Shown piece after piece: positions 45,571 to 54,585 of a DNA stretch of 63,525 bases. A program made the position numbers and the translations under genes. Position 1 is the stretch's first letter. Each line of letters starts with the position of its first letter. The notes below the pieces were generated by a model. The model did not search any database. It saw only the letters and a list, made by a program, of their open reading frames with translations, and was not told the DNA's origin. This DNA comes from Candidatus Omnitrophota bacterium (GTDB lineage Bacteria; Omnitrophota; Gorgyraeia; Gorgyraeales; Gorgyraeaceae). The stretch lies in assembly GCA_030691625.1 (NCBI GenBank), contig JAUYDX010000078.1, forward strand, positions 1 to 63,525. The letters are read 5' to 3'.

Positions 45571-46019
45571 AAAGTATTATTTAAATTTTCTTTAAGGTCA
45601 TCTAAAATCTCTAGAGATTCTTTTTGTAATTTCTCCCATTTACCATCAAGTTCTTTAACTTTTGTAGAATCGCTAGTTGCAACTGTTAATAAATCTAAGT
45701 CTACAAAGAATTGACTGATCTTTCTATCTAATTTTTTATCATTAATCATCAACCTAGCTCGTGCGCTATTAGCAAAATTCTCAAATACTGTTATAGATAA
45801 CTTATTATGCAAAGAAAAACCTATTATATTTCTTGTTAACTGATCAAATGCTTCTATTTTTTCTTTAAATAAAAATTTCTTTTTATCTAGTTTATACTGC
45901 ACAACTTTTTCAATTATGGCCCATATGCCACTTCCTAGTCCAAATGCTCCTATCATTTGCAGTGTCATTTGCCACGGTGTAATTGTAATTACGTTATTCA
46001 TATAGATCACCTCCGCCAC
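45567..46019 (-). CDS. hypothetical small membrane protein embedded in the hsdM-hsdS operon
   Basis: 150 aa with one hydrophobic helix (QMTLQMIGAFGLGSGIWAII) followed by a charged helical tail. It overlaps the hsdS start by 4 nt and the hsdM stop by 13 nt; the alternative Met at 46001 removes the latter overlap. Confidence 0.65.
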   Translation of the reverse strand: MAEVIYMNNVITITPWQMTLQMIGAFGLGSGIWAIIEKVVQYKLDKKKFLFKEKIEAFDQLTRNIIGFSLHNKLSITVFENFANSARARLMINDKKLDRKISQFFVDLDLLTVATSDSTKVKELDGKWEKLQKESLEILDDLKENLNNTL

Positions 46020-48001
46020 TCAAATTTCTCTTTCTTCGAAAATTTTACAAATTCCTCTGCTATTTTCTCTAAATCATCGTCAAGCCTGCCTGTTTCTTCA
46101 AAAATGCCGCCTTCTGATTTAATTCTATGCCCGTTTTCATTAAGATAAACATATTCTCCTGAATTATCCTTGCCTGATTTTTTGGAAACCGCCATAAATA
46201 TAGAGTAATCCTTTAAAGGTTTCTGGTCTTCGTCCCATTTCTGTAAAAATAATACTGATGTCTTTGTGCCTGTGCCTTTAGCAGGAGCAGGAAGTTTAAA
46301 GGTATTGCCTTCTAAACCGACTACCGCCAGGATGCGCGCTTTTTCAAAAAACCATTCACGTATCCATTCCATATTGGTATTATTAAAAATGCCCTGGGGT
46401 AAAACAATCGCCATTCTTCCGCCAGGCCTAAGCGCATCTAATGACCTTTCAATAAAAAGTAAATGTCGCTCTATTTTCGGTTTCAATTTTCCGTTTTTCT
46501 TCGCAAATTCATATTGACGAAGTAAGCCTGAATCAGTAATTTCTCCTGCAAAAGGCGGATTAGTCATTAAGATATCAAATTTAAGATACCGATATGTCTT
46601 GCGATTCTCTTCGTTTTGGTTAGCCAGTAATGATTTTAAAGACGTCCTTGCTTCTTCTGCCTGCTCTCCGAACCAATCCCTGGCGTCCAATGAGTTGCGT
46701 TTAAATATATTATGTCTTCCGTCCCCGGCAATAAGCATCAATGCCTGTGATATGCGGCGCATATTATCATCAAAATCAATGCCATATAGATATCTAGCGG
46801 CGTATTTACGCTTTGCCTCTTGAGAGGCTGATTTTAAATAATCATCCCATACCCAATACATTGTATGAAGCAAAAATCCTCCAGAGCCGCAGGCAGGATC
46901 AATAATATATTCATTATCTTTTGGATTTAACATTCTTACGCACATTTTTATTACATTGCGAGGGGTAAAATACTGCCCTTTTTGGCCTTTAGAGACCTCG
47001 GCTATTAAATGTTCAAAAGCCCTGTCAATAATTACTAACTCTTCCCTTCCGGAACCGAAGAATTTATTTTTTTCTAAAAATGGAACGCATATCTGTAATT
47101 GTTCAGGCGTTAGTTCTATTTTATCTGTAGGTTTAAAAATATCAGGCCATTCCTTGATTGCTCCTTTAAAAAGTTCATCATTAATAACAGCGTATGTTCT
47201 TTTTGGCTCTTTATACTGCCTGAAATAAACCTCTTTTTTTGGCCTGATGTTCTTTGCCTGATCCTCATCATAAAGCTTGGCATATATTAACTTAAAAACT
47301 TCTTCAAACACATTCACGCCTGCCTGGGCTAAAACCATTTCTTCTAAACGCGAAATAATAAAAGATAGATCAAATTTTTCCTCTAAGTCATCATAGGTCT
47401 TCTTTACTTCAAAAAGGTCATCCCATGTTTGATTTACGTTTGGGATATCAGACAGGGTGGTCGTATATTCTTTTGGATATGGTCTATACAAGATAATCCT
47501 ATGCTCTATCTTTCCATTGGACCAGACCCCGCCTTCTGCGCCTTCAGCGCTCAAATACGATTTTAACTGTTCTTCTGCTTTCTTAGCATTCGGCTCTTTG
47601 AGTTCAAAGATTATATAAGGGGTAATTTTATCTTCTTTATATAACACTATATCGGCCGCTTTAGAATGTACTTCTCTGCCAAACTGCACTGACTTTTCAA
47701 CCTCAATTCTTTCTATGGGATATTTATATTCCTGGGTTAATTTTAAAAGCCAGAGCTGGCGTATGATTTCTTCCGGCTTGCCTTTCTTTTTGTTTTCGTC
47801 ATATATAAAAATATCTGCCTGTCTTTTCAGGCAGCGTACATAGAACCTCCCTTGTTCTTTTTCAAAAGCATTAATTTTTTTAAAAATCTCTTCGGAAAAT
47901 TCTTTCAGTTTATTTTCTATGGCACAATCCTTAAAAACAGAATCGAAAATTTTGCTTCTGCCTATTTTTTCTTTTGAGGGCTTATATGCAAACTTGCTCA
48001 T
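46007..48001 (-). CDS. hsdM: N6-adenine DNA methyltransferase (type I HsdM-like) with an N-terminal PD-(D/E)xK (HsdR_N-like) domain
   Basis: 664 aa with motif I IIDPACGSGGFLL and motif IV NPPFAG. The N-terminal AADIVLY...IIFELKEP matches a D...ExK nuclease-fold signature. Confidence 0.85.
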   Translation of the reverse strand: MSKFAYKPSKEKIGRSKIFDSVFKDCAIENKLKEFSEEIFKKINAFEKEQGRFYVRCLKRQADIFIYDENKKKGKPEEIIRQLWLLKLTQEYKYPIERIEVEKSVQFGREVHSKAADIVLYKEDKITPYIIFELKEPNAKKAEEQLKSYLSAEGAEGGVWSNGKIEHRIILYRPYPKEYTTTLSDIPNVNQTWDDLFEVKKTYDDLEEKFDLSFIISRLEEMVLAQAGVNVFEEVFKLIYAKLYDEDQAKNIRPKKEVYFRQYKEPKRTYAVINDELFKGAIKEWPDIFKPTDKIELTPEQLQICVPFLEKNKFFGSGREELVIIDRAFEHLIAEVSKGQKGQYFTPRNVIKMCVRMLNPKDNEYIIDPACGSGGFLLHTMYWVWDDYLKSASQEAKRKYAARYLYGIDFDDNMRRISQALMLIAGDGRHNIFKRNSLDARDWFGEQAEEARTSLKSLLANQNEENRKTYRYLKFDILMTNPPFAGEITDSGLLRQYEFAKKNGKLKPKIERHLLFIERSLDALRPGGRMAIVLPQGIFNNTNMEWIREWFFEKARILAVVGLEGNTFKLPAPAKGTGTKTSVLFLQKWDEDQKPLKDYSIFMAVSKKSGKDNSGEYVYLNENGHRIKSEGGIFEETGRLDDDLEKIAEEFVKFSKKEKFEWRR

Positions 48002-48018
48002 AAAATATTCTCCCTATC

Positions 48019-48786
48019 TTACACCCCGCTTAATTGACGGTTGAGTTCATTAACTAAATTATTTTTAAAATCCCTGATAATAGCTTGTTGATCCTGCGGT
48101 AAAAATACGGACAGTTCAGCGTAGAAATCTACTTTTTCGGAGCTTTTTATGATCTCGTCTTTCTTTCCATTCAATTGCGCCTTCTGTTCAGCGGAAAGAA
48201 GCCCCTTTCTCATAATGAAATACAAATCGTAAAAATCGCGGGCTTTACCGCGGCGCAAGAGCGCATCAAATACCTTCTCATCAACTAACAATTCCTGGGA
48301 AAGGTGAAAAATATTATAGGTTGAAACGAAATCGTTCGCTACGCTGTCTACTTCTCCTTTAACATCACGGCCATTCCGCGCGGAGATATTTATTGAGACC
48401 GAAATGGGCTGGTAATCATAGTTGTTTATATGAAATGTCGCGTCGCCATAATAACCTTCGGCTGTTGCCCCCGGCTTTGGACCGAGCTCTACTTTAATCC
48501 CTGTCTTTTCAATTTCCGCTAATACTGAAGCGAATAAATCTTCTATAAATTCTTTTTGGACATACTGCTCTACGCGGAAAATTGAAAAATCCAGATCTTC
48601 CGAGAATCTCGGACTGCCGTAGATAATCCGCAGGGCCGTGCCGCCTTTAAAAAGGAGATTATCTGACTTCTCAAGCCTGTATAACTGCGAAAGGAAAAGG
48701 TGCTGGAAATATTCCCGGACTATATTCGGGAATTCGCTTGTGCGGTACTGAACTGCTAATTTTTTAACGGTGTCCTGCGTAATCAT
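48019..48786 (-). CDS. abiEii: AbiEii/AbiGii-family nucleotidyltransferase toxin
   Basis: 255 aa with LLFKGGTALRIIYGSPRFSEDLDFS, characteristic of the family. Confidence 0.85.
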   Translation of the reverse strand: MITQDTVKKLAVQYRTSEFPNIVREYFQHLFLSQLYRLEKSDNLLFKGGTALRIIYGSPRFSEDLDFSIFRVEQYVQKEFIEDLFASVLAEIEKTGIKVELGPKPGATAEGYYGDATFHINNYDYQPISVSINISARNGRDVKGEVDSVANDFVSTYNIFHLSQELLVDEKVFDALLRRGKARDFYDLYFIMRKGLLSAEQKAQLNGKKDEIIKSSEKVDFYAELSVFLPQDQQAIIRDFKNNLVNELNRQLSGV

Positions 48787-49382
48787 CGAAGTGACGTTGT
48801 TATAACGCTGATAAGTTTTTCGTTATTAAATAATTTAGCGTAGCGTAACGCTTTCGCGGGATTAATTTTTTCCTTATAAAAACGGCTCAGTAATTTTTTC
48901 CTTTTCCTCAATCGTAAATAAGTAATATCAACAAACGCTTTTTCAGGCTCGGCAATCAATGCGCTGATATCCCGTTGACGATGGACAGTATAGCCGGTAA
49001 AAGCCTCTTTCTTTATACGATGATAAGAAAACGTTTTCCCCAATGCGTTAAATTGCCTTGTCGGCTTCGTGCTTACCGAGGTAATTTCATATACAGTTTC
49101 GGGAATAACACGATGAAAAGATAACGCAAACTCCAATGAAACATAGGACGGTTCATATAACTTATTCGCGAGGTAGATGTCAGGGACTGATGTGTCATAA
49201 AGCGTATACATGCCTCTCTTGAGGCGCTTGGTAAACCCCTTTTTTGTGTAGCGGTGGATCAGAAATGTCGCAGCTATCTTGCTGACGCCAAAAATCCGCC
49301 TTATATCTAAAGGCGAAAATATAATCAGGCCTTTTTCCTTTAATTTTCTCTCAAATATATACCAATTCACTAATTTAGCCAT
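48783..49382 (-). CDS. abiEi: AbiEi-family antitoxin (winged-helix N-terminus)
   Basis: 199 aa with a 4-nt overlap with the toxin gene and ...RYTKKGFTKRLKRGMYTL, typical of AbiEi. Confidence 0.75.
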   Translation of the reverse strand: MAKLVNWYIFERKLKEKGLIIFSPLDIRRIFGVSKIAATFLIHRYTKKGFTKRLKRGMYTLYDTSVPDIYLANKLYEPSYVSLEFALSFHRVIPETVYEITSVSTKPTRQFNALGKTFSYHRIKKEAFTGYTVHRQRDISALIAEPEKAFVDITYLRLRKRKKLLSRFYKEKINPAKALRYAKLFNNEKLISVITTSLR

Positions 49383-49445
49383 ATTGCTAATTTACCAAAA
49401 AAATCATATAAAGTCAAGCTATTTATAACATTACAACAATACGGT

Positions 49446-50849
49446 CTATGACCGCTTTCGCCAGGTAGTCCCGTCTTTAGTATCTTCTAAGACAATGCCT
49501 TTTTCTTCTAATTCTTTTCTTATCTTATCGGCTGTTTTAAAATTTTTATTCTTGCGCGCTTCGTTCCTTAAGCTTACCAGTTTTTCTATCTCTGACTTTT
49601 TAGAAGAATCTACTCCAGAGGCGCTGGATTCGCCCTTCTCAAATAACCCCAGCGCGTTTCCCAGCTGCATCAGGATATTTTTCGCGAGACTTGATCCCTG
49701 CAGATTTTTATTTATATGAGTGACGAGGTCGAATAAAACCGCAAGCGCCTCTGCGGTATTGAAATCGTCGTCCATAGCGGCTTCAAAGCGTTCTTTAAAG
49801 GATTTCATATCTGGATCTTCCTTTGCGCCAGCCTTAGAACCAGCCTTGTCTAATTTTTCAAATAATATATAAAATCTCTCCAGCGCTTTTTTAGCCTCGT
49901 CCATTTTCTCCCAGGAGAAATCCACAGGGTGGGAATAGTGGGTCTGCAGGAATAGTATTTTAAGGACATCCGCAGGGTATTTAGACAATATGTCCTCTAT
50001 GGTGATAAAATTCCCGAGCGACTTGGCCATTTTTTCTTTGTTGATAGTAAGGAGGCCGTTATGTATCCAGTAGCGGGCAAATCTTTTTCCAGCGCCTTCT
50101 GACTGGGCAATCTCGTTTTCATGATGCGGAAATATGAGATCTATCCCGCCTCCATGTATGTCAAACTCCCCTCCCAGTATGTCAGAGCTCATGACAGAGC
50201 ATTCTATGTGCCAGCCAGGCCTGCCGTTTCCCCACGGGCTGGGCCAGGACGGTTCATCAGGCTTCGCTGCCTTCCACAGGGCAAAATCCAGGGCGTCTTT
50301 TTTATTCTCTCCCGGCGCCACCCTCGCGCCTGATTTCAGCATCTCAAAACTCTGATTTGAAAGCTTGCCATACTTGTCAGATTTTCTGACGTCAAAATAC
50401 ACATCGCCTCCTGCTGCGTAGGCAGAGCCGCGGTCGATCAGTATCTTTATAAACGCTATCATCTTCTCTATGTATTCAGTGGCCTTTGGCTCTTTGTCAG
50501 GACGCATGATACCGAGCTTTTCCATATAATCGTGGTAGGCCTTGAGATACTTATCAGAAACTTTTTTGACAGAGCTGTTTAAATCCTCTCCTTTAAATTC
50601 CTCTTTTGCTTTATTGATTATTTTGTCGTCTACGTCTGTTACGTTCCTGACAAATTTTACCTTATAACCCCTGTACATAAGATAACGCCGTATAACATCA
50701 AAAGCAAAAGCACTCCTGGCGTGGCCTATGTGCGGCGCGTCATAGACAGTGGGACCGCATACATACATCCCGACCTCGCCTTCTTTTATAGGAGTGAAAT
50801 CTTCTTTTTGTCTTGTAAGGGTATTATAGATCTTCATAATCAAATCCAC
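49446..50849 (-). CDS. cysS: cysteine--tRNA ligase
   Basis: PHIGHARS (HIGH) and KMAKSLGN (KMSKS). The likely start is MKIYNTLT (50837). Confidence 0.94.
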   Translation of the reverse strand: MDLIMKIYNTLTRQKEDFTPIKEGEVGMYVCGPTVYDAPHIGHARSAFAFDVIRRYLMYRGYKVKFVRNVTDVDDKIINKAKEEFKGEDLNSSVKKVSDKYLKAYHDYMEKLGIMRPDKEPKATEYIEKMIAFIKILIDRGSAYAAGGDVYFDVRKSDKYGKLSNQSFEMLKSGARVAPGENKKDALDFALWKAAKPDEPSWPSPWGNGRPGWHIECSVMSSDILGGEFDIHGGGIDLIFPHHENEIAQSEGAGKRFARYWIHNGLLTINKEKMAKSLGNFITIEDILSKYPADVLKILFLQTHYSHPVDFSWEKMDEAKKALERFYILFEKLDKAGSKAGAKEDPDMKSFKERFEAAMDDDFNTAEALAVLFDLVTHINKNLQGSSLAKNILMQLGNALGLFEKGESSASGVDSSKKSEIEKLVSLRNEARKNKNFKTADKIRKELEEKGIVLEDTKDGTTWRKRS

Positions 50850-50852
50850 CCT

Positions 50853-50895
50853 AACAACTTGACACTTGTAACAATGTCACAAGTGTCAAGTTGTT
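50853..50895. repeat. palindromic element family P2
   Basis: Identical to 37303-37345. It lies between the cysS start and the ispF stop. Confidence 0.9.
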
Positions 50896-51363
50896 TTAGG
50901 TTAGGCACACGACTGCGTACGCGGCAAGCGCCTCGCCTCTTCCGATAGCGCCGATGCCTTCCTGAGTAGTGGCCTTTACGCTCACGCTATCCATTCCTAT
51001 GCCAAGCCCATTAGCGATCTCCATCCTCATCCTGTCCTTAAAAGGCGCTATCTTTGGTTCTTCCAGTATGATCACAGAGTCTATATATTCTATCCTGAAA
51101 CCTTTCTCTTTTACCTTTTCCAGAACCTCTCTTAAAAGTTCGCAGCTGGATATATTGAGATACCTGTCATCGTTCACAGGAAACTGGTGGCCTATGTCAT
51201 TAAGCCCTGCGGCGCCCAAACAGGCGTCGCATATCGCGTGAAGAAGCGCGTCTCCGTCAGAATGGCCTTCCAGGCCTTTTATGTGCGGGATCTCCACGCC
51301 TCCAAGCATTAAAGGCCTTCCGTCCACGAACCTGTGTATATCGTAACCTATCCCGACTCGCAT
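50896..51363 (-). CDS. ispF: 2-C-methyl-D-erythritol 2,4-cyclodiphosphate synthase
   Basis: 155 aa with GIGYDIHRF and HSDGDALLHA motifs. Confidence 0.93.
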   Translation of the reverse strand: MRVGIGYDIHRFVDGRPLMLGGVEIPHIKGLEGHSDGDALLHAICDACLGAAGLNDIGHQFPVNDDRYLNISSCELLREVLEKVKEKGFRIEYIDSVIILEEPKIAPFKDRMRMEIANGLGIGMDSVSVKATTQEGIGAIGRGEALAAYAVVCLT

Positions 51364-51372
51364 AAAATCTCC

Positions 51373-52059
51373 TTACATATTCTTTTTAAGAATTATTTTC
51401 GCCAGCTCCAGGTCCTCTTTTGTCGTGATCTTAATATTGCTGTATGAGCCCAAAACGATCTTTGGCTTAACGCCTAATCTCTCCACAAGCATGGAGTCAT
51501 CAGTCGCCTTAATCTTTTTCCTTCTGGCGATCCTGTATGCCCTGTCTATCATATCCCTTTTAAAAACCTGCGGGGTCTGCGCCTCCCAGTAATACTCTCT
51601 CGGGGGAGTGCCTTTAATAAAACCATTTTCGCCAACAAGCTTTAAAGTGGGCTTCACAGGGACCGCGGCTATTGCCGCGCCATGCCTGGATGCCTCCCTT
51701 AATAAACCCCGGATAAGGCCGTCTGTGACAAAAGGCCTTATGCCGTCATGGATCAATACATAATCCATATCTTTGGACACAGCCTTCAGGGCATTAAAAA
51801 CAGAATCGCCGCGCTCTTTGCCGCCGATTACCAGTCTCGCTTTTTTAATATTGTATTTTTGTATTATTTCTTTCCGGGCCTTGTCTAATTTACTTTTTCC
51901 TACGCTGACGAGTATCTCTTTTATATCCTTATTTTTGGAGAGGGCTAATAGTGTACGGCTGAGTATGGGCTTATTGCCAATTTTGATATAAGGTTTCTCT
52001 GTCCTGGATTTGAGTCTCGTGCCTGCGCCTGCCGCAGGGATAATGGCAGCTACTCTCAT
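51373..52059 (-). CDS. ispD: 2-C-methyl-D-erythritol 4-phosphate cytidylyltransferase
   Basis: 228 aa with an AIIPAAGAGTRL N-terminus. Confidence 0.92.
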   Translation of the reverse strand: MRVAAIIPAAGAGTRLKSRTEKPYIKIGNKPILSRTLLALSKNKDIKEILVSVGKSKLDKARKEIIQKYNIKKARLVIGGKERGDSVFNALKAVSKDMDYVLIHDGIRPFVTDGLIRGLLREASRHGAAIAAVPVKPTLKLVGENGFIKGTPPREYYWEAQTPQVFKRDMIDRAYRIARRKKIKATDDSMLVERLGVKPKIVLGSYSNIKITTKEDLELAKIILKKNM

Positions 52060-53072
52060 TTATTATTTCTCTTGTTATCATCCTGCAATTTCGCAAAGAT
52101 CATCCTGCCCGCCGCTGTCTGGAGCACGCTGGCCACTACTACGTTCACGTTCTGGCCTATGGATCGCCTGCCGTTGTCCACCACCACCATTGTGCCGTCC
52201 TCGAGATATCCCACGCCCTGGTTATATTCCTTCCCTTCTTTTATAAGCCGCGTCTCAAAGATCTCTCCCGGGAGCACCACCGGCCTCAGGGAATTTGCCA
52301 GTTCGTTCACGTTCAGGACCCTTATGCCCTGTATCTCCGAAACCTTGTTCAGGTTATAGTCATTAGTGAATATCTTCGCGCTGAGCACCTTTGCCAGTCT
52401 TATCAGCTTAAGATCCACCTCTTTTACGTCGTTAAAATCCTCGTTGTGTATCTTAACGTCTATGTTCGGGTTTTTCTGGAGTTTACCCAGTATATCCAGC
52501 CCCCTTCTCCCGCGCTCGCGCTTCAGGGAATCAGACGAATCAGCTATCTGCTGCAATTCCTTTAACACAAAACGCGGCACTATAAATTTACCGTCTAAGA
52601 AACCTGTCTTGCATATGTCCGCGATCCTGCCGTCTATAATGACGCTCGTGTCCAGGAGTATCATCTCGTCCTTCTGGTCCTGCCTTGAAAATTTAACATA
52701 CGGGACTATTATATTGAACTCGTCCCTCCCGCGTATCGCCATAATCATGCCCAGGTAACAGAATACAAGAGTGAGCACCACGCGCAGAGAATATACCAGA
52801 TTTTTATCCAGGGAGATAAGCGCCAGCGTGTCAGAAACCAGTTTCGCCATTATAAGGCCGAATATAAGCCCGAAGACAGCTGATGAGAGGCCTCTCACAG
52901 ATACCCGTCTCATAGTAAATTCCATGATAATTATGACTAGCGCCAATAAAAATCCGAGTAATCCGCCCAGCATGCTGAAATCAGAACTGCCCATCTGAAC
53001 AAAAGATCCTATCTGAAAACCTATTATCACGCTGAGCGCCACGAAAAAAACACGTATGAAAATTAGCGTCAT
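52056..53072 (-). CDS. membrane-anchored PIN/TRAM-domain protein (YacL-like)
   Basis: 338 aa with N-terminal TM helices, a PIN-like ILLDTSVIIDGRI segment and a C-terminal TRAM-like beta domain. Confidence 0.78.
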   Translation of the reverse strand: MTLIFIRVFFVALSVIIGFQIGSFVQMGSSDFSMLGGLLGFLLALVIIIMEFTMRRVSVRGLSSAVFGLIFGLIMAKLVSDTLALISLDKNLVYSLRVVLTLVFCYLGMIMAIRGRDEFNIIVPYVKFSRQDQKDEMILLDTSVIIDGRIADICKTGFLDGKFIVPRFVLKELQQIADSSDSLKRERGRRGLDILGKLQKNPNIDVKIHNEDFNDVKEVDLKLIRLAKVLSAKIFTNDYNLNKVSEIQGIRVLNVNELANSLRPVVLPGEIFETRLIKEGKEYNQGVGYLEDGTMVVVDNGRRSIGQNVNVVVASVLQTAAGRMIFAKLQDDNKRNNK

Positions 53073-53081
53073 CCATCCCTC

Positions 53082-53819
53082 CTATTTCTTTTTCTTATTC
53101 TCTTTCGGTTCCGGCGGTTTGAATAAAAGTTTCCACGGATGCGCTTTTATGTCCAGGATCATCTCATCAATATGATTATACAGCGTGTCATCAGACATGA
53201 GCCGGCCTATAGTGCCTTTGCCCTGCCTGGCATTTGATAAAAAATCCCTCAGGTCTCCGCTAAGCGCCTCCATATTAGCAACTGTATTTTTAAGAGATAT
53301 CCTCATTTCTTCATCCCCCGCGATTTTATTGACCGAATCAGTGAGGGTACCTATCTTCTCCACCAGTTCCTTTGTAGACCTGGCGATCTCTTCCGTGGAC
53401 ACAGGGTCCATGCCTCTTAAGGTATTCCCTTTCTGCAGAAGCCTGGTGTCTCTGGTGCCAGGGGTTATCTCCAGGTATTTCTCTCCCAAAAGCCCCAGCG
53501 TATTTATGGATGCCTTTGCGTTTTCATTGATCCATGTATTCTGAGCCACCCATATGGACAGGTTCACAAGGGGCTTGTTTTCCTTTTCGTCAAAATACAC
53601 CCTGATCTCCTGTACCTCTCCCACCTGCACGCCTGAATAGCGCACGGGCGCGCCTATGCCTATACCGTTAGCGAAACTAAAGACGACATTAAGGGTATAG
53701 CCGCTTTTGACGCTATAAAAATTCCCTATGGAAAATATGATTACGGAAAGTATCACTATGCCTATGAATATAAATATGCCCACCTTTAATTCAAAATTCA
53801 TTCTTGTAAACATTGACAC
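53082..53819 (-). CDS. mlaD: MlaD/MCE-domain protein
   Basis: 245 aa with a single N-terminal TM followed by an MCE beta-barrel pattern (GIGIGAPVRYSGVQVGEV). Confidence 0.82.
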   Translation of the reverse strand: MSMFTRMNFELKVGIFIFIGIVILSVIIFSIGNFYSVKSGYTLNVVFSFANGIGIGAPVRYSGVQVGEVQEIRVYFDEKENKPLVNLSIWVAQNTWINENAKASINTLGLLGEKYLEITPGTRDTRLLQKGNTLRGMDPVSTEEIARSTKELVEKIGTLTDSVNKIAGDEEMRISLKNTVANMEALSGDLRDFLSNARQGKGTIGRLMSDDTLYNHIDEMILDIKAHPWKLLFKPPEPKENKKKK

Positions 53820-53831
53820 CTCCGCTTTGTA

Positions 53832-54581
53832 TTATTCCAGATCAGTTATAGGGCCTTTTGCGGCTCCTGTTATAAACTGTTTCACTGTGGCGTCTTTTGT
53901 ATTTTTAATCTCATCCGGGGTCCCGATCGCCACGATCCTTCCTTTATACAGCATGGCTATCCTGTCAGCTATCTTATAAGCGCTTACCATGTCATGCGTG
54001 ACTACTATGGAAGTCACATGCAGTTTACTGTTTAAGTCTATAATAAGGTCATTAATAGCGTCCGCCATTATCGGGTCCAGCCCCGTAGTAGGTTCGTCGT
54101 ACAATATGATCTTGGGATTATTGCATATCGCGCGCGCGAGCCCCACCCTTTTTTTCATGCCTCCTGAAAGTTCGCTGGGCATGAGTTTTTCTATGCCCTT
54201 TAATCCCACGAGCTCCAGGGAATTCGCGACCCTATCGCGCACCTGGTTTTCAGGCGTCGAAGTATGCTCCCTGAGCGTGAATCCCACATTTTCGCCTACA
54301 GTCATTGAATCAAAAAGCGCGGCGCCCTGAAAGAGCATGCCAAAAGAGAGCCTGATTTTGTCCATCTCATGCTCTTCCAACATAGTTATTTCGCTTCCGT
54401 CCACAATCACCTGGCCCAGATCAGGGCTCATAAGCCCTATTATGTGTTTTAAAAGCACGCTCTTGCCGCAGCCGGAGCGGCCTATTATAACAATGACCTC
54501 TCCTGAATTTATAACAAGGTTCAGGTTATCCAGGACCTTGGCGTTATTGAATGATTTTGAGAGATTGATGATTTCGATCAT
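53832..54581 (-). CDS. mlaF: ABC transporter ATP-binding protein (MlaF-like)
   Basis: Walker A GRSGCGKS, signature LSGGMKKR, Walker B ILYDEP. Confidence 0.85.
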   Translation of the reverse strand: MIEIINLSKSFNNAKVLDNLNLVINSGEVIVIIGRSGCGKSVLLKHIIGLMSPDLGQVIVDGSEITMLEEHEMDKIRLSFGMLFQGAALFDSMTVGENVGFTLREHTSTPENQVRDRVANSLELVGLKGIEKLMPSELSGGMKKRVGLARAICNNPKIILYDEPTTGLDPIMADAINDLIIDLNSKLHVTSIVVTHDMVSAYKIADRIAMLYKGRIVAIGTPDEIKNTKDATVKQFITGAAKGPITDLE

Positions 54582-54585
54582 AATG

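Larger units (their letters stand above)
44221..49382 (-). other. defence island: hsdM - small membrane ORF - hsdS operon plus the abiEi-abiEii pair, between tmk and cysS
   Basis: Five co-directional accessory genes sit between two housekeeping genes. Spot G+C counts on 60-nt lines inside the island are 18/60 at 44221, 17/60 at 46021 and 24/60 at 47401. The flanks give 24/60 at 43561 and 28/60 at 50101. These are spot counts only, not a proper sliding window. Confidence 0.75.

Noticed and set aside
44221-49382. Search for an HsdR (SF2 helicase/translocase) subunit, or for an integrase, transposase or direct repeats bounding the defence island.
   Set aside because: No DEAD/helicase motifs, recombinase genes or flanking repeats could be found by eye in or next to the island. 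No claim of a complete type I enzyme or of a defined mobile element is made.
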